A DNA stretch of 64,000 nt from Haliotis rubra (Eukaryota), in contig NW_025767120.1 in assembly GCF_003918875.1 (NCBI RefSeq), forward strand, positions 868,001 to 932,000. The letters are read 5' to 3'. The translations under genes were made by a program, and so were the position numbers. The notes under the pieces were generated by a model. It ran no database searches. It worked only from the letters and a program-made list of their open reading frames with translations, and had not been told where the DNA came from. Positions 51,201-64,000 of the stretch are shown here, in pieces (within the stretch, counting starts at the first letter, position 1; each line of letters starts with the position of its first letter).

Positions 51201-53651
51201 TTTTACTCGCATATATGTGTAGGAATAGTGAACGAATAGTGCTGTGGTTTCAGGTTCGTTGGCCTCTTCCGATGGCAATTTGACAACGACAAATCTTTGG
51301 TAATGAATGCCTTTAAATTATCGAAGTTTACATTTCTGATGTTTCAACGAGTCCTTAAAAAGCAAGCATGGAATCAAGGCTTGGGTCGACACACAGAAGA
51401 GGAGGTTGCTGAAATGTTTAAGAAGGATCTACAATCCCTGTCAGACTTCATAGGTATGCAGAAGTCCTAAGGATTATTTACATAGATGTTAGGAGCAATT
51501 TGTCTGGACAAAATAATAAACCTGACACTTAGTACAACGAATCCTCACATTCAATATGTAATATTATGAAAATAGATGTGTATCATACAGTTTTCATCCG
51601 GATGAAAATACAAAGAATGCAAAGTGGTAGATTGTGTCATAACTGTAGTGGCAAACATTGCAGGATGTTCCATGACACACATATAAATTATCCAAAGAAG
51701 AATTAGGCGTTTAGACTGCAATATTCGAATGAACTAATGCAACGTTGCATTAAACCGACTGTCGCGCCTTCTGCCGGCCGAACATTATTTCAAACGAACC
51801 CCATAGAGTTATGTCCCTTGGAGCGCTCTTTATGAATATCCTACGCACAACCTGAGATTAAAACCAGTTCGGCAAACACCAACAACACCGCATGCGACAG
51901 TTTTCGATGTACGGAGTAATTCTTTGCATTCCATATATGGCAAGTGTTCTCTGTGTTGTTCGCCTCGAAGTTTCAATTATTTTCCTCAGGCAAGTGGTAA
52001 GGGATAATAAGTCTTTTGTTGCCTCAATAGGAAGCTAAAGTGAGTGCATATGCCCCAATATGTAATATAGGCCAAAATATTGTAGAGACTTTTTCACAGT
52101 GTGCCTTTAAGACAATCACGTATCTGCGGGCCCTTATAAGCATAGAACAGGAAGAAACTGCATCCCGAAATTAATGAAATCGTGTACCTGTCACGTGATT
52201 TGTTTTGTTTCAATGTACTCATGTGTCCACACATGCTCCAGGGACCAAGAGGTTCCTGATGGGGGACGAGCCCTGCGAGACGGACTGCGTGGTGTTCGGT
52301 CAGCTGTCACAGGTTTACTGGCACTTCATAGGCACTGGACACCACAACATCCTCAAGGGCAAGTATCTTTAGTTACCTCATCCATCTACGTTGAATGTAT
52401 ATGACCTACTTTGGGTGTGGTGATGAATGTTCGTGTAATGGAGAAATCAGAAGAATAATTTAATTTCAGAAGTTAATTGTACTTTAGGAAATTGAACTAT
52501 TATTTGATGTATACAATGACATGGTTAATGCATAGTTTCTCGGAAATTGCCAAAAGTATAGTCAGTTTCACTTGTTTGAAATGTTTGGTCAGAATGAACA
52601 GTAAATTCCTGGTACAGAATCAGTTACAGTTACAAAATCAAAAGCGAAAGGTCATCGCTTTAAATGGAGTTAAATAAAAAAGTGTCTAATGAGCCTTGCT
52701 CCATGCAACAACTACATGCGAATCCTACCATTAAACATGTTGCACGTGAAATATTGCCGTTCTTACGATATCTTCTGTGCTCTCATTGGTCTCAGCATTT
52801 GCTAATTTCTTTCTTGCTTGAACCAGGCCGTGTGCCATATCAACAACCAAATCAAAGTCTCTTCTGATAGGTGTACATTGTGTTATATAGATAATATCCT
52901 GTCAATGCATACATTAAAGTACAGACCCGTGAAGATCCGGGGTAGAATAGCTCTTCAGCAACCCATGTGCTTGCCATACAAGGCGACTATGCTTGTCGTA
53001 AGAGGCGACTAACGGGATCGGGTGGTCAGGCTCGCTGACTTGGTTGACACATGTCATCGGTTCCCAATTGCGCAGATCGATGCTCATGCTGTTGATCACT
53101 GGATTGTCTGGTCCAGACCCGATTATTTACAGACCGCCGCCATATAGCTGGGATATTGCTGAGTTAAAACTAAACTCACTCACTCACTCACTCATTCATT
53201 AATGTACATTCCATGTACTGACTTGAAAACATCGCAGAAAACTGTTAACATAAGATACATAATGTGCTCCTTCCTTGTTCTCATTACAACTGCCAACGTT
53301 GCCAAAGAGGTCTTGAAAACTATTCGCAACAAAATGTATGTACCAACCTACATCTCATTACATAAAGATTTGAACATCTCCTTCTATTTCGACTATGAGA
53401 TATTACTATATAAATTTATCACTTTCCGTCTTCAACTTAATTTACTAAATTTAGCTAAAATTCAAACGAGTTAGCTGTCATATGAATTAATGACATCAAT
53501 TGTTGTTAAATACTTGTCGTTTATGAACGTTTGCTTTTCCGTAGACAAATACCCTAACCTGGCCGCCTACTGTGAACGTATGAAGGAAACGTTCTGGCCT
53601 GACTGGGACCAGTGTACCACACATGGTGGAACAAGGGAGGCAACCAAGTAG
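45278..53651 (+). CDS. FAXC: FAXC-like type B, copy F (intact, ~292 aa)
   Basis: Exons 45278-45396, 48975-49113, 49620-49816, 51254-51453, 52242-52358 (GC donor), 53545-53651. Open reading frame throughout. Confidence 0.9.
45883..48001. mobile_element. Kolobok-like non-autonomous DNA transposon (TTAA TSD)
   Basis: TTAA|aggtcacatgcaac ... gttgcatgtgacct|TTAA. RR..YY termini. Confidence 0.8.
49344..49383 (-). ncRNA. Minimal type-I hammerhead ribozyme motif (U3-A8 variant)
   Basis: Minus strand reads UGC-UUGAUAA-aGGUG uuaguaccua CACC-GAAAC-GUC-GCA: stem I UGC/GCA, stem II GGUG/CACC, palindromic ACGU stem III. Confidence 0.65.
49436..49475 (+). ncRNA. Minimal type-I hammerhead ribozyme motif (U3-A8 variant)
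   Basis: UGC-UUGAUAA-cGGUG uuaguaccua CACC-GAAAC-GUC-GUA. Confidence 0.6.
49921..50840. mobile_element. Long-TIR fold-back element (P-like termini, 7-bp TSD)
   Basis: About 320-bp imperfect TIRs CACAGG...CCTGTG. TSD cttcaag at 49914-49920 and 50841-50847. Empty site in copy E at ~39126. Confidence 0.85.
52926..53195 (+). mobile_element. SINE family 2 (other copies ~1822-, 5470-, 6906-, 15419-, 22359, 30030-, 48212, 58368-, 59130)
   Basis: Conserved core gcttgtcgtaagaggcgactaacgggatcgggtggtcaggctcgctgac. Same 3' end and (ACTC)n tail as family 1. Confidence 0.85.
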
Positions 53652-53774
53652 TAATTTATCCAGAAAGCTGTGATGGCCGCTTTGGCATAATGTGTGTCAC
53701 GTAATAGAATAACGCTCTGTGCAAACTGGGTAATTATCGTTCATTACTATCCCCGATCTGAATTTGTAACTGTA

Positions 53775-56700
53775 TTTGCTTCACTCCTTCACCTTCTCTC
53801 TGTGGAATATTGACATAGGGGCCTCTATAAAACAACCAAATTGTCATCAATATCTTTCATCATTGAAGTCATGTGATAACGAGGTCGGGTGACGTGAAAT
53901 TGGGTTTAACGTTGTGCTTGAGAATATTTCGCTCATATGATGACGTGCATGCCGCAGTGAAGCATGAATACCCCACTCAGACACATTATACTGACTCCGA
54001 GCAGACCAGTCCTTGTTGTACCCATTAATGCCGAGCGCCAGGCAGGGACCAACAAGTACCATATGTTAACGTCTTTTGGTATGACGCGGTCGGGGATCGA
54101 ACCCGCGACCTTCCGCTCTCCGGGCGGAAGCTCTAACCACTACACCGCGGATGGGTTCCTCATGTGATAACGAATATTGTCCATCTAAAACAATGTATCA
54201 AAAATCAGCTTTGCTTATCAATCACCCTGCTTTTCACAAATGAGCTCAAGATCTCTTCAGAGAAGCACGACTATGATAAAGTGATATTGGTTGAGTGGTA
54301 GTTATCGCAGCAGAACACACAACCAAGCTGAAAAGGAGGGGCTGGTGTTACTGGTACGTATCAGCAAGTGATTTGGCTCTAACACCGCTTGGAACCTTAC
54401 TTTTCAGTCAGATTGGCCGTGAACACAGTTTGGTGTAGGAGGTAAATCTGAAGTAATGCACGTTTGCCACTGGCGCAATACGAAAGGCATGTTGCTGACA
54501 AACAACATGGCCCCTCCAGAAACCTAGGGTCATGGGTTAAAACTTCGAATCTCAGTTCGCCCTCATTATGTGTCTTGTAGGTTTCGGCAAAGTGGCATGA
54601 TCTGTATCACTTCAGACTTTCCTCATATTGATTATATGTTGTGTTTGTAATATGCTATTATTCATCATGTACATATTATTTACAATGACTATAAAGATTG
54701 CACAAACATTATGGGGAATATTTTCCACATTTACCAATCTCTCGTTTGTCTTGTCTTAAACCGTGACATTATGAGTCAGTATTGTTATTTCTGTCATTTT
54801 GGAGGAAAGCCTGAAATGGTGCAGGCCTTAGATTTAACCACTTTATGAAGCCCACAAGCATAGGTAGGGCTCGGACAAGCCTAGAAACATAATCAGTACG
54901 AATCGTCGAATGATACCCGTGATCACAGGTTTGTGGCAAGCTCACGGAATGCAACTCTTCGTACCGAAATCATTCGTCACCACTCGCCCCTTTCCGTGTC
55001 CCAGAATAACGCGAGCTGGTCACGAATGCTACCGAAATACGCCTTCAAAGGTGTCTGGGCACAATGTGTTTCATAATCGAATTGAAAAAAAAACGATAAC
55101 TGCCGTTAAATGAAATAGATATAAAAAAACATTTCCCCGGTTGTCAAATCAGGATCACTCATCAACATACATGAAATATTTTCTATAAAGCCATCACAAT
55201 TTGTTTACATTTTAAGTAAAGACATCTGTTTTGATACTGGTGTTTTTTATCAGAATCATTTGAATAACAAAAGACCACTGGACTCGGAAAAGAATCAGGC
55301 TAGCTTTTCTCGAAACATTCGTAGCCCCACGAACTTCTTAAGTCCATTCTTAACACATTGGATACGATCAAAGTTAAGAATCCGTAGGGCTACGAACGTT
55401 TCGACAATAAGGGCCCAGAACCATGATTAACTTGTGCACTATTGAAAACGGGCGACAGTGGGACATTATCAATAGATCAATATATACGACTAAACCCAAG
55501 AATATATCACTTGAGAATATCATATGGTGCTTATGTCACGTCCGATTCAAGGCCAGACGGGTAATTTCCCATTTTTGGCAGTCTGTTGTGCACTGGGCCA
55601 TGCAGGTGTTGTATCTCACTGCCAAAATTGGGACAACTGGTGTGACCAATTAAGGTGGTAACTGATTTACTACTGGGACAATTAGGATCAATTAGTCACT
55701 GAGGATGTTCGTAGAGTAGAGTAGAGGTTAGAGTAGGATGCTTATGTAGAAAAGTAAAGAGGTTAAAGTAGGATGATAACTAATTTCCTGAGTAGATGAA
55801 AGAGGGAAGTTCATCTCACATCCTAGTACAAAAAGATGTTTTATTTAGATAGAGTATAGTACATATAGATTTGAAACATTTGATAACATGTAATCTCCAT
55901 TGTTAATCCTCACCACTGTGATGTATTGTAAGGATTGGAAAGCTGCAATGACTCGGTGCGTCTAGTTTCAGCCAAAGAGTATGCTCCCAAGGGAGTTGAG
56001 CTTGATAATACGATGTGCTATTGAGATTGATATCCAATGATCGAGGGAATAAATACCAGCGCCTTGAGCATATACAAGTTGCGTGGATATGTGTGCCATA
56101 TGAATACCCTATCCTATCATATGTATTGTACATTTACAGACAGTCATACTGAACCGAGCTGTGCTGTGGTATCATTAATTACCATTTGGTTAATGACTTA
56201 ATCTGTGTCATCGCTAAATTAGCGTTAGTCCAGAAACGATGACAGGTGTCTCACCCTTAGTTCAAGGGCACCTACAGCCACCGCAACTATCAATGTGTGC
56301 TAAACTGGCACATATCTTTTCTTGTACATGCATATGCCTGTACAAAACTATCCACTAAATGTAACCAGTTCCCATTGCGAACCTTTCACCGACATGATGC
56401 ACTTAGGACTATGTACGTAATCATATTCAACGACACAAGAGTGTTTAACACACTCGCAAAACGCCTGTTGTTGATACTAGTTGGCCTGGTAACCCTATAC
56501 TATAAACCATTACCTTCAAATGAAATTGACATATTTTATTAATGCGTGTTGAAATCTGAAAATAGGTTGCTTTCTGTTCACAACCTGGAAATTGGTCTTG
56601 GTACTCGTTTTAACATTTGAACTGTATATTATATCCAGATAGTTCTTTTATTTGTTTGTGGGGTGTTTTTTTGTTTGTTTGTTTTGTTTGTTTTGTTTGT

Positions 56701-56900
56701 GTTCGTTTTGTTTTGTTTGGGGGTGTTGTTTTTTTTTTGGGGGGGGGGTTAGGAGGTTATCAAAATAATCGTTCACCGGTTATTTGTGCAGCTGACAAGT
56801 CTTCAAAAGTCCCTCCATAGTTCGTGAATCGGCGACAATGTGAACCTGCTACTGACTTTACCGGCTGTACGTGTGTCAACACACCGATCTAAAAAAACAG
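53775..56900 (-). pseudogene. Decayed type-A gene relic (exon 2 start, intron 1, internally deleted exon 1)
   Basis: 53780-53845 matches the exon 2 acceptor region 6165-6225. 56805-56830 aaaagtccctccatagttcgtgaatc matches the ATG region 8807-8832. Confidence 0.6.
54971..55028. mobile_element. 58-bp miniature of the CATTCGT-TIR family
   Basis: cattcgtcaccactcg...gctggtcacgaatg. TSD (g/c)taccgaaat. Confidence 0.75.
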
Positions 56901-57228
56901 CAAATATGCACTCTCTGATAGGTTACTGTGAGCTTGCCTGTTGTTTAAGCTCTCTCTCAACCAACCTGTTCCATTTGTAGGCGTTTGCTGGAGACCACGA
57001 TCACCACGCTGTCCTCCCGGGATAGGGGGCTGTCAAACCTGGAAATAATCTCGGCAATTGTGGGATTTGAATAATCGATAACAAGGATTCAACTCTGCAC
57101 AACGAATTGTTGTCCATTAGATGACATGACCATTTGTGACCTCTATCAATGCCTAATCATATGTACGGCTGACTGACTGAGTGAGTTTGGTTTTACGCCG
57201 CTTTTAGCAATATTCCAGCAACTATTAA

Positions 57229-58050
57229 CATCACCGACGGCAGGTCTTGCTTGGTGCAGACAGCACCCACGGTACAGGAGACAAGATTGGGATGGGTTTT
57301 GTTCACTGACGAGTCGAGATTTCATCTGTACAGCTCAGATAGAAGGACAAGGGTCTACAGACGGCGAGGTGAACGGTATGCTGACGTGTGCGTTGTTCAA
57401 CGTTGACAGTTTAGTGGCGGAGCGCTATGGTATGGGGAAGCATCACATCTCATGGTCGGACATAACTTGGCATTGTGAACAGCAATCTGACAGGTCTTCG
57501 ATACAGGAATAAGATCATTGGGCCTCATGTGCAGCCGTTTATTCAAGGACAGAGACATAACTTCACGCTTCACCAAGATAATGCCCGTCCATATGTCGCT
57601 CGTGTTCTGACAGATTTCCCGAGGCAGCAGACCCTTCCGGTACTCCCCTGGTCAGCTGTTACTCCGGACCTGTCTCCTATCGAGTATTGGGATGAAATGG
57701 GACGACGTTTAGCCTAGACTCAGCCATTGAATTGGGACAAGAGTTGGTTCAGACATGGAACAACAAGTTTTCTTCAATCGCTGTGTGTCGTCTGAGTCGT
57801 CGTTGTCAAATCTGCATCAGCGCCAATGGTGGACTCACACCATACTGTATTTGTGAACTGACTTTTGACACCACATCTCTTCAAGGGCGTGTCACGACGC
57901 CTAGTGTCAAGTTAATCAGATTCCGATATTATCCTGTCAACAGTTTTTACGCTGATTAAGGAAAACATCACACATCATGTTATTAATATCTATTTGCATT
58001 AAAATTGGCATAACATCAAAAGGTTATCAAACGAGTTCGCAAGCTAATAT
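57229..58050 (+). mobile_element. 5'-truncated copy of the same Tc1 relic (part of a segmental duplication)
   Basis: Near-identical to 33604-34420; FTDESRF and HQDNARP motifs. Confidence 0.85.
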
Positions 58051-58069
58051 CGATGTTCTTTGGGAGTGA

Positions 58070-60035
58070 GGCAGAAGCAATCACAGATATGATCGGTGTG
58101 AAAGCAACAAGGAGTTCAACGTTTACTTGGTAAAGGTTTTTTCGTTGTTATATTCTTAGCGGAATATAGCAGGAAACATGAAACTCTCTTCCAGCTGTTC
58201 ATTATCTTTAATATCAATTCATGTTGATCCCGTGGATACGTTTATCCACATGCGCGTGGCCTGGTCAAAGATTAACGGTGTCACACAAACCAAGCATTAA
58301 AGAAAAGCTACACCGTCTACGTCCAGACTTTCTAATTAGCGTGAAAAAGGGACACAGTCAGGCATTAAGTGTGAGTGAGTGAGTTTAGATTTACGTCACA
58401 CTCAGCAATATTCAAGCTATATCGCGGCGATCTGTAAATAATCGAGCCTGGGCCAGACAATCCAGTGATTAACATTATGAGCATCGATCTACGCAGTTGG
58501 AAAGCAATGACACGTGTCAACCAAGTCAGCGAGCCTGACCACCCGATCACGTTAGACACCTACGAAAGCATGGGTTACCGAAGATCAATTCTAACCCGGA
58601 TTTTCACGGGTGCAAGTCATTAAGTGAAATGATTGTTTTATTGGAAATGATTTTAAAATATTATGAATGATAATGAATGTGACTTTCTTAATATATTAGG
58701 CCGCGTAATTTCAACATATCCTCCGTCAACGATTTGGGTTGACAGAGACAACATTTACGCTTCTGCGATAACTCAGACTTTTAAGCAGAGGTGTTCTTGA
58801 AACCTCAGATTGACCAATACTAATGGGAAACGTGCTTATGACTTCCAAATTTATAATCGAATGTAGTTTCATTGTAATGATCCTTCCTAAGAGTCTCAAG
58901 GCTCACCAGTACAGATGAGCCTTGTTATGACCTGCATAGCCATAGCTGCACCCGTGTCACTGGGATTCAGGTGCTTGTGGAGGTCCACCTCCAGCTTCTC
59001 TCTCGTTCAGGAAGTCAATATATAATGTCAAATCCGGTACAGCCTTCCCATTGTACTCAATCCAGGGTCTTGCCCTTTGACATTTTCATCAGAAATTAAA
59101 CTGTATTACCACGTGACTTACATGAGAAAACCCGTGAAGATCTGGGTAGAACTGATCTTCAGTAACCCATGCTTGTCGTAAGAGGCGACTAACGGGATCG
59201 GGTGGTCAGGCTTGCTGACTTGGTTAACATGTCATCGTATCCCAATTGCGTATATCGATGTTCAAACTGTTGATCACTGAATTGTGACACGATTATTTAC
59301 AGACCGCCGCCATATAGCTGGAATATTGCGGCGTAAATCACAACTCACTCACTTACTTACACGAGAACATCTTAAACAAAAGAACAAATGCTGAGTACCA
59401 GTGCTGAGGGACACAGATTGATACTTTTCATTCCTTATCATTCCCCAATCCGATTAGTCAATGATATTACTACTGGTTGGTAGCATTGCTGCAATACCAA
59501 CCAGTAGTAATATCATTGACTACAACGTCCGAGACTTTGATCTGTTTGAAGGTGATTGTTGCACGCTGGTGGTCAGTTTATCAAAGATCGTCCTGTTATT
59601 CGGTTGCTGTATCAAGTACGAACATCCACCACATCGGGTCAAATTGTATGTCTGAAAGGCTCTCGGTATAGTTAGTGCTCGGTAGCTAGATGAACACTCC
59701 ACGTCAATATTACAAGTTTTGCTGGCATTGCTAATCGGATTGGTGAATGATAAGGAATGAAAAGTATCAATCTGTGTCCCTCAGCACTGGTACTCAGCAT
59801 TTGTTCTTTGTTTAAGCCGTTCTCGTGTAAGTAAGTGAGTGAGGGAGTTGTGATTTACGCCGCAATATTCCAGCCATATGGCGGCGGTCTGTAACAATCG
59901 TGTCACAATTCAGTGATCACTGTTGTAACAGCGGTTATATGCTCGCATGGTGATTGTGCAGTGAGATTGTGCAGTTATGGGTGATTAGTTTTATAGCACT
60001 GTCTACCTGGCTTCGCCTTCTCCCTGTGGAATATT
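58070..60035 (-). pseudogene. Decayed type-A gene relic (exon 4 part, exon 3, exon 2 acceptor)
   Basis: 58070-58180 is an exon 4 relic. 58907-59080 is a frameshifted exon 3 (PWIEYNGKAV..MAMQV..HLYW). 60010-60035 matches the exon 2 start. Confidence 0.75.
59272..59918. repeat. Inverted duplication, ~185-bp arms (59272-59458 and 59731-59918)
   Basis: The arms are reverse complements and comprise a SINE tail plus type-A intron 2 sequence. Confidence 0.85.
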
Positions 60036-63000
60036 ACACAGCCAAGCTGAAAAGGGCGGGGTTGGGGTGAGGTGTTATTGGTACTTATCAGCAGGGAAGT
60101 GGCTTTAACGCCGTTTGGAACCTTATGTTTTAGTTATACCATGGCGTGAGAGCTTGATGTGGGAGGTAAATCCGAAATAATGCACGTATACCATACGGCA
60201 TGTGCCTGACAAACAACATGGCCCCTCCAGAAAGGTAGGATCGTGGGTTCGAATCCCAGGTCCTAGTTGTAGAGTACAAAACCTGTTCTTATAGGTTTCA
60301 GCAAAGTGGCAAATACCTAGAACCCTCATCACTTCCGACCTTCCTAATATATGTTTATAGTATGTTATTGTTTTCTCTTAAATAATATTCATACAGATAT
60401 TTTACAATGACTTAAAACGATTGCACAAACCCCACAAGCCTTGGGTATGAGAAACCCAGAAACATAATCAGTACGACTCGTCGAACGAACCCAATGATCA
60501 TAGGGCCCGTTGGTAGGTCACGGACTTTGCGAAACTTTAGTGCTTCCGGTGACAAACAACGTTTTTCGGGAATGGCGATAACACTGCTACAACGGGCATG
60601 CCCTGGCTAATCATACTCGACACACGCTGTCTGACTCAGAAAACTATGATATGCAACAGGCTACAAACACACCTGGACTATGTTGTATGAATAGCACGCG
60701 TGTACCTGTCAACAGCTGTACAGCCAAGCGTGATAGTACACTTGGTCCTGTCTAGTGAAGTCATATTTTGCGGTCGCGCAGTTAGGAACCAGAACTGGTT
60801 CTTGAGTACAAGCATGTCACCGGAAATCTATTACCGGAAGTAGCGCCTCGCGACATTTACGGGCCCCATGGGCGTTTGGCTCAGGGGAAGCAACTTTTCG
60901 TATCGAAATGCGCCTTTAAAGGTGTCTGGGCATAAGATGTCCCTAATGGAATCAAAAATGATAACGACCCGCGTTAAATGATATAGATATAAGAAAAATG
61001 TGTTCCCGGTTGTCAAATTGCGTTCATTTATCAACATGGTTCATACAATACAGACACAGGACATATTTTCTAGGAAACCATTCAGAATTAAAAACTTTGT
61101 TTACATTTAAAGAAGAGGAACCTATTATGAAACTGATCAGAATCATCGAATCATAAGAGACCACTGGAAGAGAATCAGAACTATCACTGCACCTGCGTTC
61201 AGTAATTTGCGCACAACTGTGAAAAGGCGGCAATGCGTCATTATCAACAGATCAGTATATATATATATAATATCTTAAAGTCAAATATTTCACCTGAAAA
61301 TGTCATCACCACGTGCGATTCAGGAACAGCACAATGGGTCTGGGTCACTTAGTTCTAAGACTAACTACTATTTAACTTTGACATCTGTATGTCTTGAATC
61401 CCTTCATTTTTATAAATAATAATATGTAATCCCCATAGTTAATCCTTAGCACTGATGTATTGTACATTTGTAGACATTCATCTTGAACGAGTTGTCCTGT
61501 GATATCATTAATTACCATTTGATTAATGACTTAATCTGTGTCATCGCTAGATTACCGTTTGTCCAGAGACGATGACGGGTGTCTCACCCTTAGTTCAAGG
61601 GCACCTACAGCCACCGCAACTATCAGTGTGTGCTAAACTGGCACATATCTTTTCTTGCACATGTATCTCCCTGTACAAAGCTATCGACTCAATGTTATCT
61701 GTTCCCATTGAGAGCAGTGCACATAATCATACTCAACGGCACAAGTGTAACACCATACGATAACCCAATACCTTCAAATGAAATTGACAACTGATTAACG
61801 CGTGTTAAAATCTAAAAATGTGTCGCTTTCGTTCACGACCTGAAATCATTCATGGGTACTCGTTCCAACTTTTGAACTGTGAACCTGCAACTGATTAAAC
61901 GGGCTGTACATGTGTAAACACACCAACCTGAATAACACCAAATATTCACTCTCTGATAAGCCACTGTAAGATTGTGTGTTATTCAGCTCTGTTAACGCGG
62001 CACAAAAGATATGAATCTGAACCTGCCCATCGAGTGATTGGTATAATGAGCAACGATCCATGCCGCAGGGACACGTTGACACGTTCTCAAGCAAATACCT
62101 GACCTCGACCAACCTACTCCATTTTGTGGGCTCACGACCAATATAATTTGCTGGAAACCACGATACCTGCGCTGTTCCCGAGCTGTCGAACCTAGAAACA
62201 AGCTCGGCAATTGTGGAATTTGATCTTCGATAACAAGGACTCAACTCTGCACAGCGAATTGTTGCCCATTAGATGACCACTTGTGCCCTTTTGTTAATAC
62301 CATAACCTAGTATAACATATGCAAATCAGATTCACTCTGAAAATGTATTTTCATATGAGTGTAAATGGGACGAGGGAAGAAATGTGGGTAATGCGTTGGA
62401 TCGTCACACCAAGAACGCTGTTCGATTTTGAACATGGTGCAATGGAAGTCCATTTCTGATATCGCTGTTGTAAAGATAAAAGAAGCATTGACTCTCTCTT
62501 CTCACTATGTACATACTTCTTTAATGAATAAATATTGCCTGTAAGTCTCGGAGGCGATATGCGAGACGGTGCCAAGCTTACTTCCGGTACCAGATTTCCG
62601 GTGACAAACATATATTCAAGAACCAGTTCTGGTCCTAAATTCCACGACCGCCCAATATGACTTTAATAGCCCGGACCAAGTGTCACAGCTGTTGACAGTC
62701 GTAATAGATTTAGCTGATTATGTTGACATATCGTAATAGCTAATTTGGGGAAGGTTAGGTCGGATATTTTTTATCCCTGCAAGGTTCATCGGTTCATTGT
62801 AAACTGTCAACTCACAGTCATGAGACCATTCGAAAAGGCATGAAACGTTGTTTGTCACCGGAAGTACTAAGCTCTCGAGAAGTGCCGTGGTTTACTTACG
62901 GGCCCTAAATCATTTTTCGCCTTTTGGAATAAAATCACCTTTTCCTAAAATCAGTAAAATTACTTTTTGTGTGTTGTATGTATTTAGACGCAAGGTGTCA

Positions 63001-63510
63001 GAAATTGAATTACTGATATATTAAAAACATTAATTTGTATGTGTCTTCAAATCGTGTTCTAATATAATTAAATAAATTTCAGATATCAGCAACTCTTTCA
63101 TTGATATTCTTCATCAGATCCCTGCAGATCCGTTCGAATGCAGTCAGCACACTGGGACAAGGCGTCAGACCTACATTAACGCTTTATCTCTGAATATATA
63201 TTATTTCTTTTTGATAATTTTACTAGAAAGGAGCCACAGTTAGACTGGAGATTCTGAATCACATAACCCTTTCCAACTGAAGGAAAGGAAACAAGGAAAA
63301 TGAGGTCCACTGAGACGACTATATCTTACACCAGACAACTAAAAATGGGCGAGAGCTACTGACAACCAACCCGATCCAGCCGACAGTCCAAGGCCCTCAA
63401 CATTTATTCCCCTTTTGAACATGACCTAGAATTGCTGATAATCGCAGTGGGTGTGATTGAGGACGGATTGTGCAACACAGCGAAGTGCACAGTGACACAC
63501 AGAGGAGACT

Positions 63511-63628
63511 ATGGAGAGTATCATGGATACTTTCAACGACATGGACACATCACAGAAAGTTCTGTATGTAGTGGAGGTGCTGTCGTAGCCATCGTAACGG
63601 TCGTTGGCCTGAGGAAACTATGTTTCAA
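63511..63628 (+). CDS. FAXC: FAXC-like type B, copy G exon 1 (rest outside the window; -1 G in a G run)
   Basis: Near-identical to exon 1 of copy E, but 118 nt (gtagtggagg versus gtagtgggagg). Confidence 0.75.
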
Positions 63629-64000
63629 GTGAGTTATCACGTGTAAACATCTTATAAAGAGAGACTCAGTCAGTATTTGGCTAGATCCAGTTGTCTTAGG
63701 CGCCTCGATTCGTTCTGTATAGCCTCGTGCAGAACGCCATCCACTGAAATCGATGAACGTGGGCTCGAATATAGGTGCGCCCCTTGCTATGCCTGTGAGC
63801 ACATTCCCCGTGCTCGAAGGTTTCACCGAAATGTTACATGTCTGAAATCTCCATGTCTCCTTTTCCCCAAGCTTAAAACTGACAAACCTTTATTTACATG
63901 CAATGCTGTTGAAATTGGCGTTAAGCCTAAATCACTGCAGTCAAACTACAAGCTGGAGAAGTCATGAAAATGGGATGATTTTTGTTTCATGAAATGTTCC

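Larger units (their letters stand above)
57229..64000. repeat. Segmental duplication of 33604-37230, with indels
   Basis: Collinear Tc1 relic, A-exon 4 relic, MITE and type-B exon 1. Confidence 0.88.

Overview
AT-rich, intron-containing eukaryotic DNA. The SINE and MITE content suggests a mollusc, probably an abalone-like gastropod (inference). The window is a tandem birth-and-death array of six-exon failed-axon-connections (FAXC/fax/metaxin-like, GST-fold, N-terminal membrane anchor) genes. It is built from a head-to-head pair: one type-A gene on the minus strand (2304-8820) with several decayed A relics, and six type-B copies on the plus strand. The type-B copies are B (rearranged pseudogene), C (intact), D (frameshifted), E (one homopolymer frameshift), F (intact) and G (exon 1 only). 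All five type-B copies with intron 5 in the window use a GC-AG intron 5. A recent ~8.5-10 kb tandem duplication plus a local inversion leave three same-phase first exons on the minus strand, all pointing at exons 2-6 of gene A. Introns and spacers carry two Maverick/Polinton (adintovirus-like) relics (major capsid protein and rve-integrase), a Penelope-type fold-back with minimal hammerhead ribozyme motifs, Tc1, P-like, MULE-like, hAT-like, Kolobok-like and Harbinger-like DNA transposons with visible TSDs, and three SINE families. Exon models and family assignments were made by eye, without database searches.
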